NCBI RefSeq assembly: GCF_001194135.2
Contig: NC_068982.1
Span: 75,749,534 to 75,813,533, forward strand
DNA length: 64,000 bases
Source: Octopus bimaculoides
Lineage: Eukaryota
Reading direction: 5' to 3'
The translations under genes and the position numbers were made by a program. The notes below the pieces were generated by a model. It ran no database searches, was not told where the DNA came from, and saw nothing but the letters and a program-made list of their open reading frames with translations. This document shows positions 11,876 to 26,421 of this stretch, one piece after another; within the stretch, counting starts at the first letter, position 1; every line of letters starts with the position of its first letter.

Positions 11876-13139
11876 TTTTTACATCCACATTTTTCATGCC
11901 AGAATTGACTGAAAAAATATTCTATATCCTGGTGCCCTTCCTGTTACCAACTCTTGCTTGTTTTCAAAATAAGGTGCTTTATTCCACTAGTCTTTGCATG
12001 ACAAATCTCTGAGGTGTGGAACATAATGATTATGCAGGACATAGCATATATCACTGCTACCCAAGTGATATCAAAAAGATACACAGAGACAAACACATAC
12101 ACAATGGGTTTCCATACAGTTTCCATCAATAAAATTTCACTCGCAAGGCATTAGTCAACCTGAAAGTATTGTAGATGACACTTATTCAAGGTGTCATGCA
12201 GTGGGAATTGAACGCAAAACCACAAGGCTGCAAAGTAGTGTCCACAATGTCTTGACCGCATCATAGTTTGTCAGTCACATAAACTCATAATTCTACTAAT
12301 GCCTAAATATAGTAAGATACTGCATCTTGTTTTGGAGTATCAACAAGAATAGAAATTTATGAGGAATTTATGATTGTGAATATCAACAATCCAGATATCC
12401 ATACAATAGTATGTTCCTATCTACATTGTGCATCATGATAATGGAAGTAACTGAAACAGAGCAAAAAGTAAACAGATGGTAGTTATGGTAGCAGAGGGCA
12501 AGCATGGTGGTGTTGATAACGGTGAATGAAGAAAGATTTATAAAAAGAGAGAAGTACTAAAATATATAGAGAGTAAAAGTCAGAGAATATAAAAATAAGA
12601 TATGATAATGGTTAATGACGGTGGTGGTAGGGTTGGTGACGTTTATACTGAAATGTCAGGGAGTAGGAGTAAAAATAGAGAGTGGTAAAGCTAGCTCAGG
12701 GTTGTAATGAGAGAGAGAAGTGAAAGGATGAGTAAGAGTGAGAATTGAAATAAACAAATAAGAGAAGAAACAGAACATTGAAAGCATGAAAGTGATACAG
12801 AGATGGAGAGGGAGAAGGAACAATATGAAACACAGCAAAGTTTATGCAGTCACCACTGCTTTAGCTATCTCACTATCTCATTATATCTCTCTCTCTGAAT
12901 TTATGTTTTTTACAAATATCTTAGTATATACAATGTTTAGTTGAAAGTTTACAACACAAATGCTGAGATCTGTAAATAGGTATGTATTATCTTTATGATT
13001 GTCAGCATGTGCATAAATAGTAGAAAACACTTGCCAATGTGTTGAACAGTGGAACTGAACTGAAAACCACACAGTTGGGAAGCAAACTTCTGAACCACAC
13101 AGCCATACTTGCATGAGAGAGAGAGAGATCGAATTGTCC

Positions 13140-13500
13140 CAAGTGTGTGAATAAGTACTTCACTTGAGTTTTATAGTGTCAACAACTGATTAGAGCTGAA
13201 GTAGAAGCCTAACAGTTAGCAATGTTTTAAACATGTTTTATCCATGAAAGATTGGAGGTTACGGGACATAGTATTTGCAGCGAGTTTGAGCACTTTTGCT
13301 GTGTTGTTCATGAATAAGAAGGATAGAGCCTAAGGTTGTTTATGGTCTGAGTGTTGGTGAAGAAAACTAGCTATTTCTCCCATTCAGTACTCATTGTTGT
13401 CACAGTACATGGAGGTAATGCAAATTCGGTGTGAGGTATCTAGACTGCAAATGGATAAGGGACACACATAGGATCTGTTTCATTATAGGTGTGCGTGTGC
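13140..13500 (-). pseudogene. Possible very degenerate PLE GIY-YIG remnant
   Basis: Minus frame NRSYVCPL...SFLHQHSDHKQP*ALSFLF only loosely recalls PLE endonuclease motifs. Confidence 0.25.
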
Positions 13501-15439
13501 ATGTACACACACATGCTTAGAAGTGGCAGTGATTAAGTTATTCATTCTCAGAAGAAAAAGTATGAAAGACATAACCCAACCATAAAGTTTAACCCCTCCA
13601 TCTCCCAGTATAAAGCTGCCTTTCTCGGGGTTCATGGTCCTGTATGCTATATGGCAACCTTGCTAGCGTGGGTGGCATGAAAAAAGCAAGTAAACACTGT
13701 AAACTGGTTGATATTTAGAAAGGTTTCTAGCTTTTAAAACTGAAAGAGACAGTAGAGCATTGTGTACTCCTTGGACCCATCAGATCCTGTTCAAACCATT
13801 CAACCCATGCCAGCATGGAACACAGATATTAAGTGTTGAGTATGATGAAGTATGCCTGACTTGACAGACTATAAACTGGAGACAGCTTCATTATTGCAAA
13901 ATATGATAAAGCAATGTAAGAGTAAATTCCAATGAAAGGTAACTTTAGTTAAATTCTCATAACAGATACAATTGAGAACAATAACATTGCATTGGCTTAA
14001 GTTCTTAAAGGCAAGAAACAACTTATATGTAAGTCTGAGGTGGATCTGGCTGTTCACAAATCATACTTATAGTCAGTGGTGGTTTAGACAATATTAATCA
14101 GTATACATTTTCTTGCTTGAGTTGTGGAGTTGAGGCTTGATTTTTCTTGGTTAAAACTTGGTTTTATCTTGCCAGATATTGTTTATATGTATTCCCGTAA
14201 ATAAGAATTACATCACTGTCCTCTCCCAATGGCTTCTTCAATTCTCCTTGACAACCTCTCATCTTCCTCTGTTTATGATGTACCTCTCCTCTCCACTATC
14301 TGCTGATATTTACTCATATAATATAGAATAGCATGAGACCAACACCACCTAAAAAAACAGATTTGCAAGCAAGACATAGTCAGCTCTCCAAACCACCTAG
14401 GAAGGCAGTAACTCTGAATCATACTCAAACAGTGATGAATCACCTAACCCATACCAGTATGGTTAATGGATGATGATGACATTGCCTCAAACTCAAAAGG
14501 AAGAAACAAAACACCCAACATTAAATAGACAAAGCTTACTACCCTCTTGACACAAACTCAGTCATTAACATTCAATTTATGGAGCCCCAAGCAAGAAAAT
14601 GCAATATTTCGATCAATATATGGTAAAAAGTTGAAACTATATGAATAATTTTTTACTAAATTAGCAAGTCAGTCCACTGTTCCTATCCATGTACTCTATT
14701 TGAGCAACAGGTTTTCATTCTTGTTCTTCAGAAAGTAAAACATGAAACCCCACCACCCCCTACAAAATTCACAACATTCACCCTCTCATCTACTCCCTAT
14801 CTGTAACCATCTTTTCTTCTCCCATACACTCTTACAAACTTTACTCTAGCCACACTTCTTGTTCTCACTTCCTTTTTACATATCTTGTGTCTTGAGGGTT
14901 CACCCGACATCTTATCACCACCATTCTTATGTCTACCCAGTTCCACTCTCAACCTCTATTATATAATGAAAGTAGCTACAGCAAGAAACCTGTTCTGGTT
15001 TAGCCCTTCTCTCTTACTTCATCCTATAGTATAAAGTCATTGCCTTCCCTGCTGTAGCCCACTCAGTTGAAGATCTTAATTTTGCAGGCTGCATGGTGAC
15101 CTCACCTGTACTGATGCTAAGAAAAAAAAGCCTCAAGTACATTCTGTAAAGTGGCTGGCAATAGGAAGGATCCAACCACAGAAACCATGCTGCTAAGGCA
15201 AACAATGGAGCACAATGCAGTTTTCAGACTCGTCAAACCATCCAATCCATGTTGGCATGGAATACTGACAATAAATGAATAATATATGATGGGGTTTTTC
15301 AGTTTCCATCTATCAAATCCACCCTCAAGGCTTTGACAAGCACAAAACCTTAATATGGAGTTTCTACTTGTACCCTGAATTCTTTTGCTGTACTCATTGC
15401 CAACCTGATCATAGGTTGTACAACTCTCACCAACCACTC

Positions 15440-16860
15440 GTCTATCCCTAGTTTCCGCATTGACTACCAGATAATGGATTGGGGGACCCTGTCAAAAGCT
15501 TTCTCCAAGTCAACAAAGGCCAAGTACAGAGGTTTATCTTTGGCTATGTATTTCTCCTGCAACTGCCTTACCAGCATCAATGGTGCTTCTCCCTGGCACA
15601 AAACCAAACTACATCTCATCCAAGCTAACTCTCTCCCTAATTAGTTGGGCTATGACTCTCTCGATTAACTTTCATCACCTGATCCAACAATTTGATACCT
15701 CAGTAATTATTTCTATCTCAGGTATCACCTTTACCTTTGTAGCAGTTGACTATGGTACTGCTACACCAGTCATTGGGTATGACTCCTTCATGAACCACCT
15801 GATTTACTTAACCTGACTAGACCTTAACCCACACCACCATATATTTTAAGCATCTCAACAATGATTCCTGATGGGCTGGGGGCTTTTCTTGTCTTCATAT
15901 CCTTAATTGCTTTATCTACCAAAGAACTGTTGATTCAGGTAGCTGGTCCCTCAATTGGGTCAACATTTGGAAGACTCTGCTCCTCCCATTTATTCTCCAC
16001 GTTCAGCAGTCTTTCATATTGGCATTTCCAAGCCACTCTGCAGAATTATTAAATGCAAGTGCACCATCATCCATGTGGACACATTTCTCTCATGCACTGT
16101 CTTGCAATCCGAAACACTTTAGTTCTTTGGTCCTCACATCGCTGAACATAGGTAAACTTCTTTTCTGCTTCTCCCTTGGCTAGATATACACTTGTCTCCT
16201 AGCTTCCCTTCTGGCTATCTGATACAGTTCCCTGCTTCTCGCCCACTCTTCCAGGCCTGTTTCTTTGCTCTAATGGCCCTGTTTACCACATTGTTCCACT
16301 ACCACATTACTCTAGGTTTGGATGGGACTTTGCACCAAACACAGATTTGGTCTGTGGCACTCAACAAGCTGTCCCACAGGAATTCCCAGTTGTCCTCTAT
16401 GCCACAAATCTGTATCTCCTCCTCCCTCTCATCAGATTTCTCAATTAGGATGTCCCTAAATCTCTGACCATATGAAAGGTCTTTAAACTTCCAAATCTTT
16501 CTTTTCCAGATTGGTCTGCTTCTTGGCATCCTTTTGGTCAGGAGTCTAAAACCACTGATGACTAGTTTATGCTGAGGGGTACATTCTTCACTAAGAAGGA
16601 TCTTTGTATTTAAGAGCAACCATGCATCCCATTGTCAGGTGAGAATGTAATCAATCTGGTTAGTACAGTTACTTGAATGGGAGGTTATCAGGTGGCTGGC
16701 TGGCTTCCTGGAGTTGGTGTTGCAGATCAATAAGTTGTTTGTATCACAGAACTCCAGTAGCCTTGTTTCCTCTGTTTCAGGGACCAATTCTATGGACACC
16801 ATGAAAGATACCAGTCTACCGTTCAACATGCCTATTGAAATCCCCAGCCACATGCGTATT
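15440..16860 (-). mobile_element. RTE-clade LINE ORF2 remnant (endonuclease C-terminus to RT N-terminus)
   Basis: LLEFCDTNNLLICNT...NQIDYILT, EECTPQHKLVI and RQLQEKYIAKDKPLYLAFVDLEKAFDRVP; many stops and frameshifts. Confidence 0.92.
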
Positions 16861-17456
16861 ATTGTCTACTTGCCTTGATATCGCATGATAGTTGTAGGCG
16901 AGTGTCACCATTATACAAGTAGTGTCCTATTGTTTCCTACCTTCCATGAAGGCCATGAGAGAATATTAACAGGTCAGGGTTGGTGAATATTAACAGGCTG
17001 GTGACAAGGCATCTGGCTACAGAGAATCTGTCTCAACAAATTCTGTCTGAGCCATGTGAGCATGGAAAAGTAGATGTTAAAATAATGGACGATAATGATA
17101 ATGTAAACAAACTGTTCCACAAGAACAGACCAACTCATGTTGGTCTAATACAATTGGGTAATAAAGACGATTAGGAATTTACCTTTCCTTTAGCAAAGTA
17201 ACCAAAACAGTTTGTGAATCATGTTAATTCAGCTTAATCTTAGCGTTGAAATATTTACTCTCCTAACATGCTGGAATGGAAAAGCTAAGAGATATTATTC
17301 TTAACCAAATGATTAATTCGGTAGGAAGAATGAGAATTGAAAGAATGTAAACAGCTAGTAAATTGAAAAACTTTTGATTGGGGGAGGGGGAAAGGAAGGA
17401 TAAGTATTTAGTGTTTCACCAAAAGCAAACCATTTCCTCCCCTTTATTAATTATTA

Positions 17457-17514
<58 letters not shown>

Positions 17515-17596
17515 TACACACATCCAGTTGATCATATTAAATCTCAGTGTATTTTCTATCAAACAGAATTGAATAAACATGGACAAAGATTGAACA

Positions 17597-17604
17597 ATAC
17601 TTAC
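17597..17604 (-). promoter_or_regulatory. 5' splice donor of the CIT-like exon
   Basis: Minus strand AAGAAAT|gtaagtat, a consensus donor located where kinase-family similarity ends. Confidence 0.8.
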
Positions 17605-17806
17605 ATTTCTTCACAAACTCATAAACATATTTGTTTTTCAATAAGTTTTGTGTCTGGCATTCGTTAAATAAAACATATAAACAATCCAAGAGCCCCTGAT
17701 GGTTCACTAATGAATCCAATATGCCAGCCTCTTGGATTTCTCCTTGCATCAGCTTCTCCAGTTTTTGGATTCGACTCGTAATCGAATCCATACTTTCATT
17801 ATCCAT
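17605..17806 (-). CDS. CIT: First recognisable coding exon of a citron Rho-interacting kinase-like gene (DMPK/ROCK/MRCK/CIT family N-terminal segment before the kinase domain); partial gene
   Basis: Translation MDNESMDSITSRIQKLEKLMQGEIQEAGILDSLVNHQGLLDCLYVLFNECQTQNLLKNKYVYEFVKK+T matches recalled CIT motifs (I.SR...L; G.LD.L.VLF.EC...L.K.K.V..FV.KY). It is bounded by a polypyrimidine-AG acceptor (exon starts 17816) and a GTAAGT donor at 17604-17599 that splits the expected Tyr codon (phase 1). ROCK shares VN..LLD and L.KNK, but EC and FV.KY favour CIT. Confidence 0.78.
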
Positions 17807-17816
17807 TTTGATTTCG

Positions 17817-17845
17817 CTAAAAGAAGAAAAAAAATAATAGTAATA
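17817..17845 (-). promoter_or_regulatory. 3' splice acceptor of the CIT-like exon
   Basis: Minus strand reads ...ttttttcttcttttag|CGAAATCAAAATG, 10 nt before the ATG; implies a further upstream exon. Confidence 0.75.
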
Positions 17846-19354
17846 ACAAATGAATAACAATAATAAAATATATAAAGAAAAGTAATGCAAAGTCTTAATA
17901 AGATGACTTTAATATAAAAAAGAATTTCCTAATTGATGAACAGATTTTTTTTTCCTTCTTCAGATGAGTAAACAAGTTATTATACAAAGGCATATAATTG
18001 AACAGCAAATGCTTTTAGTTGAGTTTGCATTGTATTGAAAGCTTATCCATTTATCTCAAGATCAAATTTGCCCCTGAAGTATTAGGATGTTAATTTGTTG
18101 TAAATGTATGGTATTTAGAAATTATTTCAGTGAAGGAATAGTGCAAACATTTGCAGCTACAAATGAAAAATCATCGAACATCTGAGGAAAATATTGGAAA
18201 ATGTAAGTAAAAGCTGGGCATGTGGGTAGGTATGAGAAATCATCTGATCATTTAATCATTTAACATCCATGTTCCATGCTGGCAACAGGTAGGTTTGACA
18301 GAATTAGATGGGTCTAGGGCTACATTGTCCTCAACTGCCAATTTTGGCATGGTTTCTCTAGTTGAACGCCCTTCCTGATGCCAACCACTTTACAGTGAGT
18401 ACTGGGTGCATTTTTTCACACCACCAGCACTAGTGAGGTTACTATACATATTGCAAAACTACAAACCCTGAGAGGTGGCTTTATGCTAGTAGATGAGGGG
18501 TTGCAGGATAGGGACAGAACAGAACAGAATAGGTTTCTTGCTGTAGAGAAGTAAATTATATGACCACTCACATTTTAGAAGAGAAGATGGGAATGAGTGG
18601 GGTGGAGTGGTGAAGAGATAAAAATAGTAGCAATGAGGTGTCTGTATGGACCCTCAAGGTGGGGAGGTAGAGATTGAAAGAGTGTATGGGATAGTGAGCG
18701 ATGGAGACTGGATGAGGTATGTGTGAATACAATAAAGGACAAGATTTGAAGGGTGGATGTTTTATCCAATGGTGAATAAAGAGGTGTCCAATGATGCATG
18801 GGGATGAAGAGCAGCAGAATATAACAATGATACAATGGACAGGGGTGGGGGATGATTGGTTGGGTATGGACCATATAGTCCCTTCACTGATTTGCAACTG
18901 GTAGTAATTTTAAAAAGTTATAAATGCTGCTGTTGGTATTTTAATTTATTTATTTACTTTTTAATAACATGAAATAACGAAGCTACCTCATTAGCTATTA
19001 ACAAAGTTGAAAACAACGTCAGGCACCCCCCACCATCTTTTTTTTTTTTTTTTCATGTCTTGTTTTAAAAGGATAGTTGAAATAGTAGAAAAATATTCTA
19101 AATCATTAAACAAATTTTGGATATATAACCTAAAATTGAAAGCCATAAAATTATTTCAATTACAGTCTTTAAAAAAATTTTTTTTTTTTTAGAAAAATAC
19201 AAGAAATAGTTCATTTTTGATTTCTTAGTATTTATTTTTAGGAAATGATCGATAATTCTTAAGGATAGTTCTTGTTAACAACTGCATATTTTCAAATCAC
19301 TTTATGGAAGATTTCTTTCAGTTACTCCCAAGAGTTGTTAGACTTAAAATGTAA

Positions 19355-19417
<63 letters not shown>

Positions 19418-19817
19418 ATGCCAGTAGTAGCCACTTCTTGTTCTATTTCATAACCTATTTTCCAATCATTAGAGAATCTCTAATGAGCTGCTTCTTTCAG
19501 ATTTCACAACCTGTCAACTCTCTTCTCTCCAAGCCAATTAAACACTGACAAACCACACATGCTTCAGTTTTGAAAACTCCCTAATTTATCAATTTCAAGT
19601 CAGGTTTGCAACAATTTTCACTGATATGCTTGTTCTTTTATGTAACTAATTTATATACAACTTATTCACAGATAATAGAATATGAACTCAAATTAAAGGT
19701 TGGTACTACAAGTCAGCTTTACTCAACAAAATACATCAATGTTAACACAATTCTAAAACAACCACACCATTAAAATTATACTAATGACTTAGAAATACAA
19801 TTAAACTAAAATGTATA

Positions 19818-20230
19818 TACGAAGTTCGATCAAAAAGTATCAGGACTGTTGCTATAGTAACAGAGCTAAAGTATGCAGAGTGAAACCCCTTGGCACAGAT
19901 TGACTTTGAACTCTGTAACACATGCACATTAAGTTATAATGTTTTTGCTCACTTCCATTGTTTATAGCAGTGCTTGGAAGTAAAGTGTGTAGAGTGTAGT
20001 TGTCTCAAAATGAAGGTCAGGTTTCAGCTGTGCAGGATCATCTTCAATGCGTCAAAGACAAAAACAAGATTTCTAGATGTTGAGGAAATCCAAGATAATG
20101 CAATGAGGCAGCTGCTAGCTATCCCCCAAAAAAGAGTTCCAGGAATGTTTCCATCAATGGAAATGATGTTGGATAACTCACTGCATTCTTAAAAACACTT
20201 GTATCAAAAGACAAGTATATTTGGTTATAA
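19818..20230 (+). mobile_element. Mariner-derived non-autonomous fragment
   Basis: Left end TA+cgaagttcgatcaaaaagtatcaggactg resembles a mariner TIR; C-terminal remnant TRFLDVEEIQDNAMRQLLAIP / EFQECFHQWK. Confidence 0.65.
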
Positions 20231-21329
20231 AAAAGGAACCCCAAAAAAAACATACACTCTACAGAACTTGATCTATGCAAATGGAGCTAAGCTAATATTT
20301 TCAGTTTGTATATAACCCACACCACTTGTTCTATCCTCACTCACTTCTACAATTCATACCTTCGTGTTCCATGTTCACACCTCATTATTCTGGCCCCTAC
20401 TCTCATACTTTAACATCCAGGTCTAGCATAAAGCCTCCTGCCTCTCAACTGAAGCTTCACTCAGTTGAAGGAGATTTAAGTTTTGCAAGTGCAACCTCAC
20501 TTGTGCTAGTACCATGAAAAAAAAGCACCATGTACATTCTGTAAACAGGTTGGCACTAGGATGGGTATCCAACTGATGAAACCACACTAAAGCAGACATT
20601 GAATCATGATGTAGTCCTCAGACTAGTTGGATACCGTCAAACTGTCCAACCAATGAAACACAGACATTAAAAGATGGTGATGATGACAATGACCATCTTT
20701 TATAGGTAAGCTCTGATGTCTTTCAAAATCAACATTTACATACAAGCAAGCTTGACTGCATATACATACAACTCAGGATGATAAATCTCATCAGCTGAAA
20801 TATTTATTAGTTGCTTAAGGAAAAACATTACTACAAGTGTGAGAAAAAATACAAACTAAATATTCTAACAGCACAACTGCAATGAAATTAACACATCAGT
20901 GGTGTGAAACAAACCATATACAAAACTAAAGCTACAGAAAATTATGTAATTTTGAAATTAATATTTAATATCTATCAAGAAATTAGTTTCTTGACAAGTT
21001 AATAATAAAAATAGTTGTTTGAATTGTAGTAGTGTTGACAACAGAGGTGGATTTAATGAAAGAACAGAGAAAGGACAGGGAAATTCATTTAACCAATCCA
21101 TGTCATATAGAAAATACAATCATCACCATCAATTTAACATTCGCTTTTCCATGCTTGCATGAGTCAGAATTAAGGCAGATTTTCTACAGCCAGATACCGT
21201 TCCTGTCACCAACCTTCACCTGTTTCTAAGCAAGATAATATTTCCCCCTATGGCAAGACATTTTTGTAGAATATTGGAAATGAATGATATTGTATGACAG
21301 TGACACTCATAACTATCATGTGATGTCAA

Positions 21330-21382
<53 letters not shown>

Positions 21383-23024
21383 CTTTCAATTTCCATCAAC
21401 TAAATCTATTCACGAGGCTTACTCAGCCAGGGATTATATTGAAAGACACTTGCCAAATGTCCCATACACTGGAACTTAACTTTAAAAAAAAAAAAACCAT
21501 GTGGTTGAGAAGCAAATTTGTTAACCACACAGCCATAATGTGTTTAAAAAAGTTCACACACACGCACATACAATGAGCTTGCATGACTCACATGTTAAAA
21601 ATGGATAGTCTTCTCTAGATTTCTTACTTAAAAAGACCAAAAGTAATGACATTTGATGTAATTTTTTGAAAACAAAATGAAAAAAAATTATGAAAATAAC
21701 ACAAAAAATTTAAGAATCTTTCATTTCTTGCCCTCCTCTCCTGCATTTGCTTACAGACTAAACATTATACAACTACTAGAAAGCATTTGTCTTTACAAGC
21801 ATGTTAACCTAAAGCTTTTCTTAGATGTATGTGGCACTGCTTGCAGCTGCCTCCTCATAAAACCTTCTGCATTATTAAGACAACTGCTATCTTACATTCT
21901 TTTTTTTTATTTTTACCTTTGTTCATCCCATAATAAGTAAACCTAAAAGAGATCTTCCATAACATTTTCCTCAGTGCAAATTATGCTTCTGAATTCTTTA
22001 AAACTTTTCCATCCTGAGATGACACTTTTGTGAGAGTTTAAATATTAAACATAATTAGTGATTAAAAATAACAGAAATAATGAAAGAACAAAACAATCCT
22101 AAGTAAACTTGACACCAGCAAAGAAGATGAAAAAAGAAAGGTAAACAATGCATTCTTATGAAAGACTGAGTGTGAGTTTTGACCCTTTCTTCTTCCCTTC
22201 TCCTTCTCTCTCACTTTTACAAGCCACCTCAAAAATAGAAATTGTTACCCAAGAATGCACCTAAAAATAAAATAAATGGAGAATGGGGAAAGCAAGAGAA
22301 TGATAAGAAATATAATCAAGGATAAAAAGGAAAGAGTTAAAAAATACCAAAACAATTTTGAATTTTTTCTTTTCTTTTCTTTTTTTTTTAAGTATAGCAA
22401 ACGAAAAAATGCACAAAAAAAAAAATAAATAGATACATAATTAACCAGCTAAGGTGTTGAAGGAGTAAAAGTAAATATAGAACATGAAGAAAATCTGAGT
22501 CAAGATATAAGGATTAGCAACAACAAGCTCTCAAAGACTTAGACAACTATAGCAACAGAAAGATAAGTGATTTAAGTGTTATAGAGGAAATAAAGGTTGA
22601 ACTAAAATTAGAGAACGACATTGAATAATATTTTAAAAGCCCAGAGGAACTAAAAAAAAACACTGCTTATACTTTTATTGTTATCTAATTTTTATGTCAG
22701 TTCAAAGTAAACATTAAAGGTTATTTTATGATTGGTTGATGGTAAAGTTTTATTTTTGAAAGATTTTTCCCATTGGAATAAGAAAATTCACAATGTATAG
22801 ACAATTTCAAAGCTCTTGTGTGTATCTAAATATACAGTCAATGAATACATGCATATACTAACTGCAGTGCATTCATGTTTGACAATGCAATCAATATAAT
22901 CAATCAATGAGCTCAATCTTCAATATTTAGATTTCCAGTTTTCCTGAAATCAAAAATTCAAGCTTAAATAGTCAATAAAAATCCAATACAGAATGGGGGA
23001 AGGGGAGAGAAAAAATTTCTTATG

Positions 23025-23670
23025 ATAATAATAATGATTTCTTTATTAACCACTTTCGCACATGGCCAGCAATTTGAAGGGAGGGGATTAATTGTTACCA
23101 TTAACCTCAGCACATCCGATAGGATGAAAGGCAAAATTGACCTCAAAATGTAAAAAGCTGGAACAAATACCACAAAACAATTTTTCCAATGCTCCAATGA
23201 TTCTGTCAGCTTAATATTTTCTAGTATAGGCAAAAGGCTTGAAATTTTGGCAGAGGGGGTTAGTTGATTAATTTGACCCTAGTGCTTGACTGGTACTTAA
23301 TTTATCGACCATGAAAGGATGAAAGGCAAAAGCCAAATTTGAACTCAGAGTGTAAAGATGGATGAAATGTCGCTAAGCATTCTGTCTGACATACTAATGA
23401 TTCTGCCAGCTTGCCACTATAATAATGATAATCATTTCTAATATAGGTAAAAGGCCAGCAATTTTGAGGGGAGGGGCAAGACAATTACATCAGTTCCCAG
23501 TACTAGGCTGGTACTTTATTTTATCAACCCTGGAAGGATGAAAAGTAAAGTCGACCTTGATGGAATTTGAACTCAGAACATAAAGAGCTGGAAGAAATGC
23601 CACAAGCATTTTATCTGACATGTTAGTGATTCTACCAGCCAATAATAATAATGATAATAATAATAATAAA
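23025..23670 (-). mobile_element. Three head-to-tail copies of a ~210-bp tRNA-derived SINE (family S2, OR-like) with (TAA)n tails
   Basis: aaggatgaaaggcaaa..gacct..ggaatttgaactcaga...atgattctgccagc recurs three times, separated by AAT runs. Confidence 0.85.
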
Positions 23671-24081
23671 TCACACAAAGAAAGCAGAAAATTAAAGTAA
23701 TGAAAGTTCAATTTGAAAATGAAACTGAAACTATTCTAACCGACTATTGAATTGCCTTGGATGACAAAGATCCTGAAGACAATGAAAAAAACTATGTAAG
23801 ATTAATTCGAAAAGAAAATGATTACAGTTAAGTACTTAATTAAGATAACATCATGTCTGCAACAACAGATGAAATAATAAATTGATTAGAAAAATAGTAA
23901 AAAAATAAATAAATAAATAAATAAAAATTTAAAAACCCACATTGGATCAATAGATTTCTATTCAATTTGCCTTCCATCAATAATAGTAAATAAAAGTTCA
24001 ACAATAATTAAAACTAAAATTTTCAAAACAAAACAGGCCAATGTGAGTATGTATGCATATATAAATATGCACATACAACTG

Positions 24082-24195
24082 TATATACATACACAAAGTG
24101 TACACATTGTCAAACAGTATATACCATGCACATTTTTATGTGCATATATACATACACAAAGTATATACATTATCAAACAGTATATACCATGCAAA
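24082..24195. repeat. Tandem duplication, period ~63 bp
   Basis: tatatacatacacaaagt.ta.acatt.tcaaacagtatataccatgca starts at 24082 and at 24145. Confidence 0.85.
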
Positions 24196-24230
24196 TCTAT
24201 ATGTATGTATGCAGATTGTATGTGACTTTG

Positions 24231-24301
<71 letters not shown>

Positions 24302-26193
24302 ACACACACACCTATGTGACTGTGCATGTACATATTTACAATAAAAAAAAAAGTTTGCAAGTGTGTGAATAAAACAAGGTACGTGTATGCATATGCATTA
24401 AGTATATATAAAATAAAATATAAAAACTAAGGACAAACAGTGACACCTTTCTTAAGAACGTTAAACAGTAATTTTATAACAACTAAAAGAAATTCTATTT
24501 TGAAACATAAAGGCCTAAATAAACATAGAAGGCAATTGAAAAAGTAAAAGTATTTTTTCAATAACTTACTATAAAAATTAATGAAATCTGTGTGTGTAAA
24601 ATCCTAACTGCTAGCAAGTCATTTTGAAGCATTTGTGCTGGAGGCCCATCTGACAAGAGATGTTACAGAATGCGGTTTATAGTCAGACTGTTTTTCCCCC
24701 TGTTATAAAGCTGCTTGTTGATTTGCACTTAAAAAGGTATCCTATTACAAAAGGACAGTGAAGATAAGTAATATACTATGGTACATATGGCACCCCCCAC
24801 CCCATCTCATCCCCCTCCGCCTCCACGCAAACNNNNNNNNNNNNNNNNNNNNNNNNNNNNNNNNNNNNNNNNNNNNNNNNNNNNNNNNNNNNNNNACACA
24901 CCTCCCCCACCCCCACCCTCTCTCTCCTCTCTCTTTCTCTCTCTCTCTCTCAGAGCTGATTCCAGAACCCTCAGTAAAAATAACTGAGACATCCGTCAAC
25001 ATATACTCACACATACACTCACACAAAGTGGTCTGTTATGTAAATTTCTTTAACAACAACAAATAAATAAAGTGATGCTCAGGTATGCAACACTCAAAAA
25101 AAGACAGTGAGAGAGAGAGAGAGAGAAAAGAATAGGAACATGATTTTAGTAGGGAAAAGTAAAAGTTAGGCTATATGAGATGCATCAGCAGCATAAATGC
25201 TGGTGGAACCTTTCTGTGCAAGAGTGCTGGTAGCACAGTAATTTGACAAACACACCATTCCAAATATTTTTGCAGTTCTGAAAGTTTTCAAGGTATTCTT
25301 TGATTTACCTTTACATGTAAAAATGAAAGCCTAACTGGATTATATTATGTTGTTATATTAATAATGTCTAACAAGAGAAAGGTATAGAAAGGTAATCTAC
25401 ACACAAACACACCTTGCCTTCTTCCCCCAATCTCTCTCTTTCCTCCTTCTTTCTTTCTTTCCTACCCTTTATTCTTTTTATAGAAGCATGCCTAGATCTA
25501 CATACAGGCAGGGCAACATTATAATCTATTCCTAATGTTTTTAGTGATGAGATACAAGAAATTACTTTTTTCTCAGCTACACCTCCACTGCAGTCAGTGT
25601 ATATAGGACCTCCAGACCTTCATAACTGCTGATATTTTGGTTTTCTACCATCTCCTCCCCCCTTTCTCTCCTTAACACATACAGTGTCAAGAGACACCTT
25701 TCTTCATTGATAAAAATAAAAATACTAATAATAAACGTGGCAGTGGTGGTAGGTATGAAAACAACAACACTGGTGATGATTCAACTTAGATTAACAGAAA
25801 AAGGAAATTAGCTGTAAGACTAGCAAAATTATATTTGAATTTTTTTCTTTTTTATTCCTTGCTTCTTTGGTATGTGTTATAGTGAAAGGTAAAGGGATGC
25901 AGTAAAATTCCTTGGTAATAAGGATAAAGTTAACAAAAATTATGTATTTTTAAACTTAATTTTTTGGCCACTTTCCAAAGATTTCCTAAAAACATCAGAA
26001 GAATAAATTTTGCAAATTTGAAATTTATATTTATTAGATAACTTTCAAACACCCACTAATCAACCAACAATCCATAAAGGGAAACGGCACCTGTTCTCAG
26101 CCAAATACACTGGGGTAAGTAGAGCAATTTACTAGAAAGTGCATGAGCAATGCAACAAGGTTAGATTGTGATTGAGGTCAGTAGCCCAATACA

Positions 26194-26421
26194 TTAACCC
26201 CTTACCATTTAAAGTGGCTATATCCAGCCAAAATATCCTGCATATTTTATGTTAAAACTGCCCAGATGTGGCCTCTCTCACCTATCCTACAATATCATTC
26301 TAAAACATAACAGTTTCCTCATCAAAATCTTAAAGCCACATGAAAATGCATGATTAATTCAAAACAATGTGAATAAATAAGCATAATTTTTGACAAAATA
26401 ATGTGAATGCTAAAGGGTTAA
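26194..26421 (+). mobile_element. piggyBac-derived MITE (228 bp) with TTAA at both ends
   Basis: ttaaccccttaccatttaaa...gaatgctaaagggttaa; ends match those of the 35221-37047 element. Confidence 0.82.

Noticed and set aside
17964-18202. Plus-strand exon-like segment (ttccttcttcag ... aaat|gtaagt)
   Set aside because: Stops in all three frames; a non-coding antisense exon cannot be supported without RNA data.
16995-18430. Oppositely oriented retroposon tails flanking the CIT-like exon (circRNA-type arrangement)
   Set aside because: Shared complementarity is only a short, diverged ~30-nt tail; too weak to propose back-splicing.
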